Source: Clostridiales bacterium (GTDB taxonomy: Bacteria; Bacillota; Clostridia; Oscillospirales; Acutalibacteraceae). Taken from it: a stretch of 64,000 bases of DNA. The first letter of the stretch is position 1. Every line of letters begins with the position of its first letter. The notes beneath the pieces were generated by a model. It did no database searches and was not told the origin of the DNA. It saw nothing but the letters and a program-made list of their open reading frames with translations. Of the stretch, positions 36,682 to 47,400 are shown one piece after another. Location: NCBI GenBank assembly GCA_024697575.1, contig JAILFM010000128.1, positions 7,973 through 71,972 of the forward strand, read 5' to 3'. The position numbers were made by a program, and so were the translations under genes.

Positions 36682-38433
36682 TTATATTCTGTATCTTTGT
36701 TCAAATTTTGAAAATGTTTCAATAAACCTGCTGTTGTCATATTTAATGCTGTTAAGATATTTGTGAGTATCAAAGCTGCCTTTATAAAGTTCAATAACCG
36801 CAACGGCTATGTTGGAACAGTGGTCGCTTATTCTTTCAAAATTCGTCAGTGTGTCCGAAAGCACAAAGCCCATTTCAATGGTGCAGCCGCCGCTCTGAAG
36901 TCTGTTAATATGGTGAGACTTTATTTCAACCGTCAGGCTGTCAATTACCTGTTCAAGAGGCTCAACCTCACACGCAAGATTCAAATCATTGTTCTCAAAG
37001 GCAACCATGGTGATTGAAATAATGTTTTCAACCGCTTCGCGGAGAACGGCAAGCTCTCTTTCCGCATCGCCGGTAAAGGCAATATTTTTGTCGTGCATTT
37101 CCTGAGCGGTTTTCATAAGGTTGACGGCGTGGTCACCGAGGCGTTCAAAATCCCCGATTGTGTGAAGCATTTTTGAAATACGGTGACTGTCAGCCGGCAG
37201 CATAGCCCTTGAAGAAAGCTTGACAAGGTATGACCCGATTGCGTCCTCAAGCCTGTCAATGGTATCCTCTTCTTCCAAAACTTTTTTCGCAAGATTTTTA
37301 TCATACCGGTGCATGAGCCCGAAGGAATCAAGAAGCACCTCGTGGGAAAGCTTTGCCATTTTCAACGTATAGCTTTCACATTCGTTAACGGCAACCGACG
37401 GCTGGCGAAGAAGCAGGTCATCGAGTTTAAACACTTCTTCGCTCTGAGCTGCTTTTTTCTTATCCTTTACCATATTCTCCGCAAGCTTTATAAGAAGCTT
37501 TGCAAACGGCATAAGAATAGCCGTCACAAGAATGTTATATACAGAATGTATCAAAGCAATGTGCACGGCGTTAACCGTAATGGCGGAATACGCTTTACCG
37601 GTAACACCGTCAACAATAAGGTAAAGCGGCAGAAAAACCAAAGCTCCGATAACCTTAATAGCCGTGTGGACAAAAGCAACCCGCTTTGCCGACGCATCGG
37701 TACCGATACAGGATATAACAGCAGTTATACATGTGCCGATATTAAGACCTATGACAATAGGTACCGCCATACCGAGGGTGATACTGCCGGTCATGGCAAG
37801 CGCTTGCAAAATACCAATCGACGCCGCCGAAGACTGAATGACAGCCGTTACGACAACACCGATAAGCATGCCTATTACCGGGTTTGAGAACGAAGTAAGA
37901 AGCGATGTAAATGCCGGCATCTGCGCCACCGGACTGACGGCATCGCTCATAAACTTCATGCCATACATCAAAACCGCGAACCCGGCAAAGATATTGCCGA
38001 TATTTTTCTTTTTTTCATCCTTGCTTATCATTGCCATAAACACGCCGATAAAAGCAAGAACGGGCGAAAAGTTCTCGGGCTTCAGCATCTTAAGTATGAA
38101 AGTGTCGCTCTGTATACCTGTAAGCGACAAAATCCACGCTGTCAGTGTTGTGCCTATATCCGCGCCGAAAATAACATATACCGTCCTGGAAAACTCCATT
38201 ATACCGGAATTGACAAGACCGACTATCATGACCGTCGTTGCCGACGACGACTGGATTGCTATAGTTATCCCCGCGCCGAGAAGAAGACTCAAAAACGGCT
38301 TTGCCGTCATCTTTTTTAGGGCGTATTCCAATTTGCCGCCTGCCATTCTTTCAAGGCCGGAGCTCATTGTGCTCATGCCGAAAAGAAAGAACGCAAGACC
38401 CAAAAAAAGTTTAAGAAAAGAAAAAAAGTCCAT
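36682..38433 (-). CDS. Na/Pi cotransporter family protein with PhoU-like C-terminal domains
   Basis: Two QSSSA/QSSAA repeats, GADIGTT and GLNIGTC; C-terminal [11 protein letters not shown] and [10 protein letters not shown]. Confidence 0.9.
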   Translation of the reverse strand: MDFFSFLKLFLGLAFFLFGMSTMSSGLERMAGGKLEYALKKMTAKPFLSLLLGAGITIAIQSSSATTVMIVGLVNSGIMEFSRTVYVIFGADIGTTLTAWILSLTGIQSDTFILKMLKPENFSPVLAFIGVFMAMISKDEKKKNIGNIFAGFAVLMYGMKFMSDAVSPVAQMPAFTSLLTSFSNPVIGMLIGVVVTAVIQSSAASIGILQALAMTGSITLGMAVPIVIGLNIGTCITAVISCIGTDASAKRVAFVHTAIKVIGALVFLPLYLIVDGVTGKAYSAITVNAVHIALIHSVYNILVTAILMPFAKLLIKLAENMVKDKKKAAQSEEVFKLDDLLLRQPSVAVNECESYTLKMAKLSHEVLLDSFGLMHRYDKNLAKKVLEEEDTIDRLEDAIGSYLVKLSSRAMLPADSHRISKMLHTIGDFERLGDHAVNLMKTAQEMHDKNIAFTGDAERELAVLREAVENIISITMVAFENNDLNLACEVEPLEQVIDSLTVEIKSHHINRLQSGGCTIEMGFVLSDTLTNFERISDHCSNIAVAVIELYKGSFDTHKYLNSIKYDNSRFIETFSKFEQRYRI

Positions 38434-38478
38434 TCTGTACCTCAGCTGTTTTCATGGTAACGGGACTGCCTGATTACA

Positions 38479-39267
38479 TCAAATATAAAAGGACAGTTCT
38501 TTAAGATTTTTAACGGCGATATCGGCTTTTATCGGTGACGACATATACTCTTTTTCATCCGTTACACCGCTGTAAACCAGCGCACAGGGAATTGAGTGGT
38601 TCATGCCTATGGCAATATCGGTTGCCAGCCTGTCACCGACAAAGGCAATTTCATCCCTGCCGCAGGCAAAGTGCCTTGTAATGTAGTCAACCGTAGGTGT
38701 TTCAGGTTTGCCGAGCACAACCGGTCTTCTACCGGTTGAAGTGTAAAAAAGCTCGATAAATGACCCTGCGTCCGGCATAAAGCCGTCTGCCGTCGGGCAG
38801 TTCACATCCGGATGTGTCGCAAGGTAAACACAGCCCCCGGCAATATATCTTGAGGCTTTGTGAATTTTTTCATATGTAATCGTTGTGTCAAAACCGAGCA
38901 AAACTATGTCCGGCTCATCCTCAGTCAACTTCACACCGGCTTTTATCATATCGTTTCTGAGCCTTTCATTGCCCAGAAGATAAACGGACGCGCCGGGATA
39001 GCGGCTGTTTATATAATCTGCGGCAACAAAGGTCGAAATTATTATTTTATCTTCTCCGACCGGAAAGCCCATTTTTTGAAGCTTATCACAACAAACGGCA
39101 ACATTGTTTGACGAATTGTTCGTGAAAAAGCAGTAATCCCTGCCCGTTGATAACAGTTTATCGATAAAATCGACACTGCCGGATATAAGAGAGCCGCTTA
39201 AATAAAACGTGCCGTCCATGTCAATGATAAAATATCTGGTTTTTGCAAAGACAGATTTCCCGCCCAT
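38479..39267 (-). CDS. HAD-IIA (NagD-like) phosphatase
   Basis: DMDGTFY, FFTNNSS, LGKP and VGDRLATDI motifs. Confidence 0.9.
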   Translation of the reverse strand: MGGKSVFAKTRYFIIDMDGTFYLSGSLISGSVDFIDKLLSTGRDYCFFTNNSSNNVAVCCDKLQKMGFPVGEDKIIISTFVAADYINSRYPGASVYLLGNERLRNDMIKAGVKLTEDEPDIVLLGFDTTITYEKIHKASRYIAGGCVYLATHPDVNCPTADGFMPDAGSFIELFYTSTGRRPVVLGKPETPTVDYITRHFACGRDEIAFVGDRLATDIAIGMNHSIPCALVYSGVTDEKEYMSSPIKADIAVKNLKELSFYI

Positions 39268-40032
39268 TCAATTTTCACTCACTGCGTTGCCGGTAACAGA
39301 GGCAACATATGCTTTGGCATCTTTGATTTCCTTAAGAGCGTTTTCAACAGCCGAATCAACCCTCGCAATAACGTCATTGGAAAAATCAGAAGCGGATACT
39401 CTGATTTCTTCTGACCACTTATTTGCCTTGGCTATCGCTTCTTCGCTTGTTTTCTTCGCAAGCTGAACCATTTCTTCGGCTTTTCTGTAAGCATCCTTGA
39501 TTATTGAATCCGCCTGCTGCTGAGCGTCGGAAACGGTTGCAGCTGCAGCATCCTGAGCTTCCTTCGTGACGGTATCCGCCGTTTCGCGGGCCCTGATAAC
39601 AACCTCACTCGCTTCAACCATTGCCGCCGCCTCGGCGTCGGCGGCATTTTTAACGGCAGCCGCCTCTTCTTTAGCTGTGTTGACAATCTGCCTCGCCCTT
39701 GCTTCGGCTTCATCAACCTTGTTCTTACAATAGGTTTCGGTCTTCATGGCAAGGTCTCTGACCTTGTCTTCAGCCGCACTGACAAGAGCGCGCGATTTCT
39801 CCTGCGCAGTGGTCGTTGCGGCAACCGCCTCGTCCTTTGCCTTGACGAGAATATTGTTTCTGTCGGCAACGATAGCTTTCGCCTGCGCAATTTCTGTCGG
39901 CAAAGACAGGCGGATATCTTCAAGAAGTGTCTTCATCTGTTTGCCGTCAATTGCTATTTTGTTGCTGAAAGCAACCTTGGAACCGTTTTCGGCAAGGTCG
40001 TCAAGTTCATCAAGATACTGATCAATGTTCAT
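39268..40032 (-). CDS. Ala-rich coiled-coil protein downstream of coaD
   Basis: Start MNIDQYLDEL at 40032 overlaps the coaD stop; LPTEIAQAKAIVADRNNIL, then repeated EAxxIVxxA heptads. Confidence 0.75.
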   Translation of the reverse strand: MNIDQYLDELDDLAENGSKVAFSNKIAIDGKQMKTLLEDIRLSLPTEIAQAKAIVADRNNILVKAKDEAVAATTTAQEKSRALVSAAEDKVRDLAMKTETYCKNKVDEAEARARQIVNTAKEEAAAVKNAADAEAAAMVEASEVVIRARETADTVTKEAQDAAAATVSDAQQQADSIIKDAYRKAEEMVQLAKKTSEEAIAKANKWSEEIRVSASDFSNDVIARVDSAVENALKEIKDAKAYVASVTGNAVSEN

Positions 40033-40526
40033 TTTGATAAGTTCCTTCCTTTTATCTTTTTTATCACATCTTCGCAAATCTGCGGCGGAAGAAAATCCGT
40101 AACATCTCCGCCGAATTCGCAAACCTGCTTAACAAGGCTTGAAGACAGGAACATATGGTCCCCGTCAGCGGGTAAAAATACCGTTTCAAAATCCGGATTT
40201 ATTTTTTTGTTTGTCAGAGCCTGCTGAAATTCATACTCAAAGTCTGACATGGCTCTTAAGCCTTTTACAACAGCGCAGGCGTTCACTTTTTTAACATAAT
40301 CCGCCAAAAGTCCGCCGTATACGTCGGTTTTAACGTTAGGTATATCCTCAACACTGCGTTTAATTAAACGGGATCTTTCCTCAGCGTCAAAACAGCCGGA
40401 AGATTTATAATAATTAATCATCACGACCACGATTACTTCGTCAAAAAGCGCCGCAGCGCGTCTGATAATATCCACATGTCCCTTTGTTATCGGGTCAAAA
40501 GAACCCGGGCAAACGGCGATTTTCAA
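40029..40526 (-). CDS. coaD: Phosphopantetheine adenylyltransferase
   Basis: CPGSFDPITKGH, KGLRAMSDFEYE and SSSLVK. Confidence 0.96.
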   Translation of the reverse strand: MKIAVCPGSFDPITKGHVDIIRRAAALFDEVIVVVMINYYKSSGCFDAEERSRLIKRSVEDIPNVKTDVYGGLLADYVKKVNACAVVKGLRAMSDFEYEFQQALTNKKINPDFETVFLPADGDHMFLSSSLVKQVCEFGGDVTDFLPPQICEDVIKKIKGRNLSK

Positions 40527-40530
40527 ATAA

Positions 40531-41067
40531 TCACTCTTTTCTGTAAATAGTTACGGCTATTTTACCGTATTTATATTCTCTGTCTTTAACCAGATGATTG
40601 ATTTCGGGCGGTAAAACTGCACCGAACGGATGTTCGCAAACGACAACGCCGCCGGTTGCAAGGAACTGTCCGATTTTTTCAAGCGAATTTTCAAGAAGAC
40701 CTGTGTTATAGGGCGGATCGAGAAAGACAATATCATAGGTATCGCCCGACATATTAAGAAATGCGGAAGAATCCGTTTTTACAACCCTCGCTTTTATCGA
40801 AAGCCCTGTTTTTTTCAGATTTTCCTCAACTATTTTAACAGCTTCCTGAGAACTGTCAACAAAAACACAGCTTTTTGCGCCCCGACTCAGAGCCTCTATA
40901 CCCATTTGACCGGAACCTGCAAAAAGGTCAAGCACTCTTCTGCCCTCAATCTCAAACTGAAGCGCGCTGAAAACCGCTTCTTTAACCTTTTCGGATGTCG
41001 GCCTTGTGTTAAGATTATCCGGAGTTTTCAAGCGTATTCCGCGTGAAATGCCGGTAATGACTCTCAT
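40531..41067 (-). CDS. rsmD: 16S rRNA m2G966 methyltransferase
   Basis: MRVITG, RPTSEKVKEAVF, LDLFAGSGQMGIEALSRGA and FLDPPY. Confidence 0.93.
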   Translation of the reverse strand: MRVITGISRGIRLKTPDNLNTRPTSEKVKEAVFSALQFEIEGRRVLDLFAGSGQMGIEALSRGAKSCVFVDSSQEAVKIVEENLKKTGLSIKARVVKTDSSAFLNMSGDTYDIVFLDPPYNTGLLENSLEKIGQFLATGGVVVCEHPFGAVLPPEINHLVKDREYKYGKIAVTIYRKE

Positions 41068-41087
41068 ATTATTCCTCCGATACTGAC

Positions 41088-44030
41088 TCAGCGTGAAATA
41101 TATTTTGACGGATCTTTTAACTCTCCGTTATAAATAACTTCAAAATGAAGGTGAGGACCGCTTGAGTTGCCGGTTGAGCCGACCTTACCGATTTGCTGAC
41201 CTGCCTCAACATACTCCCCAACTGAAACAGTTATTGAACCCACAACCATATGTGCGTATCTTGTCTTGAAGCCGTCACCGTGATTGATAAGAACCATCTG
41301 ACCGTAGCCGGACATTGAACGCTGAACAACCTCAACTCTGCCGGATTTTGCCGCGATTACGGGCGAACCGTATGCCGTGCCGTTACCGGTGCAAAGATCA
41401 ATTCCCTTATGCCAGCCGCTTGACCGCCAGCCGTATCCCGACGACGTGCTGCGGCAGTGAGGCGCCGGCCATAAAAAGCCGTAATCTGACGCTTCACCGA
41501 TATAAACGCCGTTATACGATGTCATGGAACCTACCATAACAACCTCATTAACCGGCTCAACAAGAGTATCAAAGGAATACTCCGTTCCGCTCATCTCTCC
41601 GTTAATATATGTAACGGTTTTGGTGACCCTCTCACTGCCGTCGACGCCCTTTTGAAGAACCGTAAAGAATCCGCTGTATTTCGAGGGATCTTTTTTCCGC
41701 TCGGTTGAATATTTTACCGTGCGTACGGAAGTGGTAGTCATGGTTTTTTTTATGTTTACAAGCCCGTCAACAACCGGCAAAAGGATTCTGTCGCCCACGA
41801 CAAGGTGCGTCAGATCATAATCCGGGTTGGCCTGCTGCACCATTTGCTCGGTAACGGAGTTTCTGTCACAGATTGAAGAAACGGTATCGCTTTCACTGAT
41901 GATATAAACCATGGTGTTGCCCTTTTCGCCGGCAACAACCGACTCGAGCTTTGACGGCTCCCATATGATATCTTCGCTGTCGGCGTAAGCCCCTTGGATA
42001 TAATCTATCTTTTCGGCAAAACCGATAACATAGCCTTCTTCCTCCGCCTGCTGTTCATAAGGCTCAAGAATATTGTAAAAAACCGTTTTAGCGTCCGTTT
42101 CATTCTTGACAGCGCATATAAACCTGCCGTCAATATATACTCCGCATGCGTCGGTCAGGTTATCAATACTGCTGTGAACCATTTTGTCGGATATAGTGTT
42201 CGCGTCGCTAAGTTTATCAAGTGATACGATTGCGAGGGCGTATTGTGAGGATGAACCTTCGGGCAGACTTTGTGACGCCGTCCGTTCAAGAAACTTATCT
42301 TTTGCGTCAAGAAAAACCGATTCGTCGCTTATATAGCCGATGCTCTCACCGTCATAGATAACCTCAAGAGCAAATGTCAGACTTTTCAAAGATGAGAAGG
42401 CTGTTATAAGAACAACAAGCGACGCTACGGGAAGAATATCAAAAAAAATGCTTTTAAAAAGTCCCCTGTGATTTATTAAAGCCTTTTTTGTATAATGTGA
42501 GATAACCCCCGGCAGTTTTTTCGGTTGAGCTATCGCTTTGCGAAACGCCCGTGACGATGTACGGATTTCAAAGCGGAAAACAGCCATTTCTTTAATAAAA
42601 GCCATTTTAGCTTTTTTTCTTGAAAGCCGTAAATCCTTTGTTAAAAGGCGGAATTTATCTCTTAAAAATATGAACGGAAAAGTAATAACAAAAACTATAA
42701 TTCGAAAAACAGTCGAAATTATTTTTGTGACACAATCGCCTAATGAATAAACAGCTTTGTATAAGGAACTTTTACCGTTAAAGGAAAAACTTTCTTCATT
42801 CTGATTTTCGGGCACAGATAAAGCTGAAATATCGGGCATGATATCCGATTTTTCTTCGTTTTCTCCGGTCAGAACGGTAATATTAAAAACCTCAGGTTCT
42901 TTTTGAATTCCTGTTTCCGAAGCGGGCAATTCACCGGCGGCAATGCTGTCGTGATTTTTCAGCGCTTTTTCAAGCTGCTGTGAATAACGGCGTTCTATAT
43001 CTTCGCGGATACCCTGCATTTCTATTTCGCTTTTTTCGCTGAACGCCTTTTTTCTCTCATCAAACCTCTTTTCCGCGTTAAAATCGGAGTAAGTTTCGGC
43101 AAGACTCTGAAATTTGTCCATTATCTCGTCAAAAATTCCGGAACCGGTGGCACTGTCAGCAGTTGTATTGCCGGATGAATTATTAATACAATTCATGCCG
43201 GTTAAAAAGCGCCTGACAGCGTCCTGCCATGACGGCAGACGGTCAAACCCGGCACTGTCGAGAGATGATTTTGATAACCGTGAATTTAAAGGTCTTTGCG
43301 CCCTTGAGGGATATTCTGCGGTTTTTATAGGTGTTACCGTTGTATTCTTACCGGCAACATCAAAAACGTATTTTGCAAGCTGAGCCCAGGAGCAAACGCC
43401 TTCGTTAGTTGCGTGGTAAACGCCGTATTTATCCGAAAAAACCATTGAACACAGCAGCGGCGCAAGGTCTTTAGTGTATGTCGGCGAACCGATTTGATCG
43501 TCAACAACACTGATACTGTCCTTTTCTTCGCTCAAGCGAAGCATGGTTTTTATAAAATTTTTGCCGTTTTCTCCGAAGACCCATGAAATCCTGACAATAA
43601 AATATTTTGAGCAGTTTTTTCTGATGATTTCCTCGCCCTGATATTTTGTTAATCCGTAATAGTTAACCGGGTTAACAGGCGAATCAATTCCGGAAAAATT
43701 TTCACCGGAGTTATCAAAAACATAGTCTGTACTTGTGTAAAGCAAAGCGGCATTGATTTTCTCACACGCCTTGGCAATGTATAAAGTTCCGTCGCAGTTA
43801 ATTTTTTTGCATTCATCCCTGTTTTCCTCTGCAGCGTCAACATCGGTAAAAGCGGCAAAATGCATAACAGCGTCGGGTTTTTCACGAAACAGAAATTCCG
43901 AAATCTCTTTTTCGTCAGTTATATCAATATCCGGCAGGTCGGCGCCGATGCATTCAATGTTGTTCTTAAGCAAAAATTCAACAACGTCGCTGCCAAGCTG
44001 ACCCTTAGACCCTGTCACAACAATTTTCAT
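41088..44030 (-). CDS. rfbD: dTDP-4-dehydrorhamnose reductase (RfbD/RmlD) fused to a membrane-anchored LysM-G5-M23 peptidase
   Basis: aa 1-278: GSKGQLG, STDYVF, YGLTK, RISWVFG and DDQIGSPTY. C-terminus: LysM (ISESDTVSSI..LVVGDRILLP), G5 (KGVDG..VTYING..EPVNEVVMVG) and M23 (HKGIDL, RYAHM, GPHLHFEV). Confidence 0.85.
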   Translation of the reverse strand: MKIVVTGSKGQLGSDVVEFLLKNNIECIGADLPDIDITDEKEISEFLFREKPDAVMHFAAFTDVDAAEENRDECKKINCDGTLYIAKACEKINAALLYTSTDYVFDNSGENFSGIDSPVNPVNYYGLTKYQGEEIIRKNCSKYFIVRISWVFGENGKNFIKTMLRLSEEKDSISVVDDQIGSPTYTKDLAPLLCSMVFSDKYGVYHATNEGVCSWAQLAKYVFDVAGKNTTVTPIKTAEYPSRAQRPLNSRLSKSSLDSAGFDRLPSWQDAVRRFLTGMNCINNSSGNTTADSATGSGIFDEIMDKFQSLAETYSDFNAEKRFDERKKAFSEKSEIEMQGIREDIERRYSQQLEKALKNHDSIAAGELPASETGIQKEPEVFNITVLTGENEEKSDIMPDISALSVPENQNEESFSFNGKSSLYKAVYSLGDCVTKIISTVFRIIVFVITFPFIFLRDKFRLLTKDLRLSRKKAKMAFIKEMAVFRFEIRTSSRAFRKAIAQPKKLPGVISHYTKKALINHRGLFKSIFFDILPVASLVVLITAFSSLKSLTFALEVIYDGESIGYISDESVFLDAKDKFLERTASQSLPEGSSSQYALAIVSLDKLSDANTISDKMVHSSIDNLTDACGVYIDGRFICAVKNETDAKTVFYNILEPYEQQAEEEGYVIGFAEKIDYIQGAYADSEDIIWEPSKLESVVAGEKGNTMVYIISESDTVSSICDRNSVTEQMVQQANPDYDLTHLVVGDRILLPVVDGLVNIKKTMTTTSVRTVKYSTERKKDPSKYSGFFTVLQKGVDGSERVTKTVTYINGEMSGTEYSFDTLVEPVNEVVMVGSMTSYNGVYIGEASDYGFLWPAPHCRSTSSGYGWRSSGWHKGIDLCTGNGTAYGSPVIAAKSGRVEVVQRSMSGYGQMVLINHGDGFKTRYAHMVVGSITVSVGEYVEAGQQIGKVGSTGNSSGPHLHFEVIYNGELKDPSKYISR

Positions 44031-44141
44031 TCCGGCGCCCCCTTCCTCTCAATATTGAATAAACTACTGTAATCAGCAAAAATTCACTATATTATAGCAC
44101 AACAATACGAAGTAAACAACAATAATTTTTTTGTTATACTG

Positions 44142-44170
44142 TTGACAAACCGCGAAAGTTCTGCTAGAAT
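44142..44170 (+). promoter_or_regulatory. sigma70-type promoter for tRNA-Gly
   Basis: TTGACA-17 nt-TAGAAT. Confidence 0.8.
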
Positions 44171-44183
44171 ACCACCTGTTGTT

Positions 44184-44259
44184 GCGGATGTAGCTCATCT
44201 GGTAGAGCGCCACCTTGCCAAGGTGGAGGTAGCGAGTTCGAGCCTCGTCATCCGCTCCA
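44184..44259 (+). tRNA. tRNA-Gly (GCC)
   Basis: 76 nt: acceptor stem GCGGATG/CATCCGC, D-loop, anticodon stem CCACC-TTGCCAA-GGTGG, TTCGA loop and encoded CCA. Confidence 0.97.
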
Positions 44260-44365
44260 TTTTTTTGTCTGAACCGGCGCTGGTATATAACAGCATTAAC
44301 AGCTTCAGCCTTCGCTCATTCCAAAATGAAGAGCGAAGGCTGAATTATTATTGTTTACAGAAAAC

Positions 44366-44391
44366 GCCCGGACGGCATAAACCGCCCGGGC
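44366..44391 (-). terminator. Terminator for the 1908-aa gene
   Basis: GCCCGGACGG/CCGCCCGGGC stem; GTTTTCTG follows on the minus strand. Confidence 0.65.
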
Positions 44392-44405
44392 AATCTCATT
44401 GTGGT

Positions 44406-47400
44406 TTATTTTGCGTTTTTGGGAGTAAGAGTCGGCAATGTGCCGGTCTTGGTCCACTGAGTCCATCTGTAGTTCGGGTCGTCTGTTCTTGTATCCTTCT
44501 TGCCGTCACCGTTCGTGTCAACATATGAATACTGATTCTTAAGCATCATATAGTTGAAGAGCGTGTCAATATCGTTCTTATCAATATTAAGCTTTGTTGT
44601 GTCAGGATAGACGCCGGGCGATACTGTTGAGAAGTCAACATCAGCGGCAACCTTCTGAGCGGGCTTAAGCGAAACAAGGTTTTCGCCCTGACTTGCGGCG
44701 AGCATGTAAAGGTAGTCAGTTGTGTCGATTCTTGTGTCACCGTTGATATCGCCGAAGATAACAGCTGTGTAGCTGTATGCAGGTGAACCGTTCGCAAGGG
44801 TACCGGTAAGAACAGAACCTGTGCCGTAGCCTTTTTCACCCTGGATAACTTCGGGAACCGATGCCGCAAGACCGGTTACACGGAAGTCTTTGCTGGAAAG
44901 CTGAGCGGCTTCTCTGCCAAGGAACAGGAAACGGTAGATTGTATCATTGCCGTTTGCGTCAATCTCTGTAACAACAGTTGTGTTGCCGTCGTCGTCGGTA
45001 GGCTTGATTGTGGGAACAGTGTTGAAAACAAGATTACTGATTGCCTTATTAAGGTTATCAATAAGCTGGTCAATGAAATCCTGCTGGTCAATTGTACCGT
45101 GATAGTTAACCTTGTCGGAAACCTCAGCGAATCTTACAATATGCGCCGCATCATATTCACCGACGAGCGCCGCGTATGTTGTGGGATCTATTTCGTAGGC
45201 CGGGGCAACACCCTGAGAAGCGTCAGTTGTCTTTTCACCGTTCGCAGTGAAGTAAACCTGGAGACCGTCATCTGTCTTAAGAAGATTATTGCCGTATTTG
45301 ATTATTTCATAAGCTCTGGCAAGAACGGCATCCATGTTCGCCCAGTCAATCTTTTCGCCGGCAGGTTTAAGAGCGCGCCATGCTCTGTACAGGCCCTTGA
45401 AAGCGTGGGTAACCATTGTCTGGGTAAGGTCGGTTGTGTTGACCTTGGCGGTGTTAATCAGACAGGTAGCAAAGTCATACGCTTTATAGAAATCGGAGAA
45501 TGTGTTAACAGTCCACATAATCTCACTGTCAATTATTCTCCTGCCGTCAACGTAAACATAGATAACGTTGCCGTTCTCATCTCTTGAATATCTGTAGTTT
45601 CTTCTGCCGCTTTCACCTGTAAGGTCGGGTTTAACAAGGTTTACAAGCCACTGAAGAGCAGTTGTGTCAACAACAGTAAGTCTGCGGCTTTCGGCAAGGT
45701 CGAAACGCCAGCCGAGAAGATCATAGTAATCAAGGATATTATCCTGATAATCTACAACAGCGGTGATATATTTCTGATAAGCTTTCCTTATCTGCTTCTT
45801 CACCTGATCCGTATCGGTTGTGCCGGTGACAGCACTGTTTGAAGGAACAACAGAGCAGTCATCATACGATTCACCGTTCTTGATATAAATCTTGCAGATT
45901 GATGTCGGTTCTTTAACGGGTGTGGATGATGTCGACTGAAGCGCCTGTGTAGCAGTTGAAAGGAATCTGAAATAAGGTCTTGAGATTTCCATTTTTTCGG
46001 TATCGAATGTATAACCGAGGTCGGCACACATCTGGGTAACCGTCTGAACCTGAGCGGCTGAAAGATCCTGGAGTGAATTAATAGTGCCATGGTATGTGTT
46101 TTTTGCATCCGGGATAAAATCTACACTGTTTGAATTAAGAGCAAGTTTTACAACATCTTCCGTCTGCTGTTTTGTAAGCGGAACATTGCAGGACGGATCC
46201 TGTCCGAGGCTTATTGCAAAAGCCAGAGTTTCATAATTCTTGGTGTTGATATTGTTAAGCTTAAATGTTTTTGTCGGCTGAGCACCGGTATGGCTTTCAA
46301 GACCGTCGTTAATGGTAAAGGAGTTTGTCGAAGCAAGTTCAAAGAACGGGAAAATCGAATTGGGAACAGCAGGCGCCGAATCATCGGCTACACCGTCATT
46401 ATCGGAGTCCAAGAGAGTTGCCTTAAGAAGTCTTGTCCTGATTGAATACGCCATCCAATCTCCGTAAGCTGAACCTAAGTCTTCCTGATAAAACTTTTCG
46501 TACTCTGTTACGAATTCATCAACCTGTTCAATGGCGTCATCGGCTCTGCCGTAATACTTATATGCGCCGATTTTGTTGATATTGAAGTCCTCGCAGTGGA
46601 ACATAAGGTAACCGTTCGGGTCATAGCTGACGGTACCGCCGTTCGCCGCTGAGCGCGGAGTGTAGGAAGCGTATGAGAAGTTTGAATAATTCATTACAAT
46701 GTCGCCGAAGCTGTCCTGGGTTTCGGTAGCCGTACCGGCGATTTCAAGATAGCTTCTCGAAGTTGTCAGGTAATAGATTGAATGTCTGCGGTTAAGCTCA
46801 TCCTTATAGATTTCTCTCTCAGTGCCACCGTTTTCAAAATATTTTGATGCCGCCTCCGCGTCAATGGCGTTTGTGTAACCGTACTTGAACGTTACATAGT
46901 GCATATCGGTTGTGCCGGGAACAAGCTCTTCACTGACTGTTGCGCCCGCATTCTGTTCGGCAAGCAACGCGTTCTTTGTTGAAAGCTGTATTGTCAGCTG
47001 ATTTTCAGGTATTCTGACTGTGTTGTTGCGGTTATCAAGAGCATTTGAATAGTTCTTAAGATCTTCAATGCCATAGTTTGTATTGGTATAGTACTGTGCC
47101 TCAGCCCTGGGAACGGTGTCGTTTCTCATAAGAAGCGGCATAATAGTCGCAAGGAATGCGGGACCGTAGTAATAAAGGTCGGCAATTAAGCAACTCAGAA
47201 TAATCGCAACATTACCGGAATAGAGAAGACCGGTATCGCTTGTGGATGTAAGGCGTGTTACGCGTGTGGGGATACTGAATATCTGAAGCTTGGTTGTGCT
47301 TCCGGAGACAAAGCCAGACCTTGCGACAGTATCGGCCTTGTAGTTTGAAGGCATGGACATACCGGCATGCGGGAATACACCGTTGCCGCCCATCAGCATA

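Noticed and set aside
44142-44528. 128-aa plus-strand ORF
   Set aside because: Runs through the promoter, tRNA and terminators; a shadow ORF.
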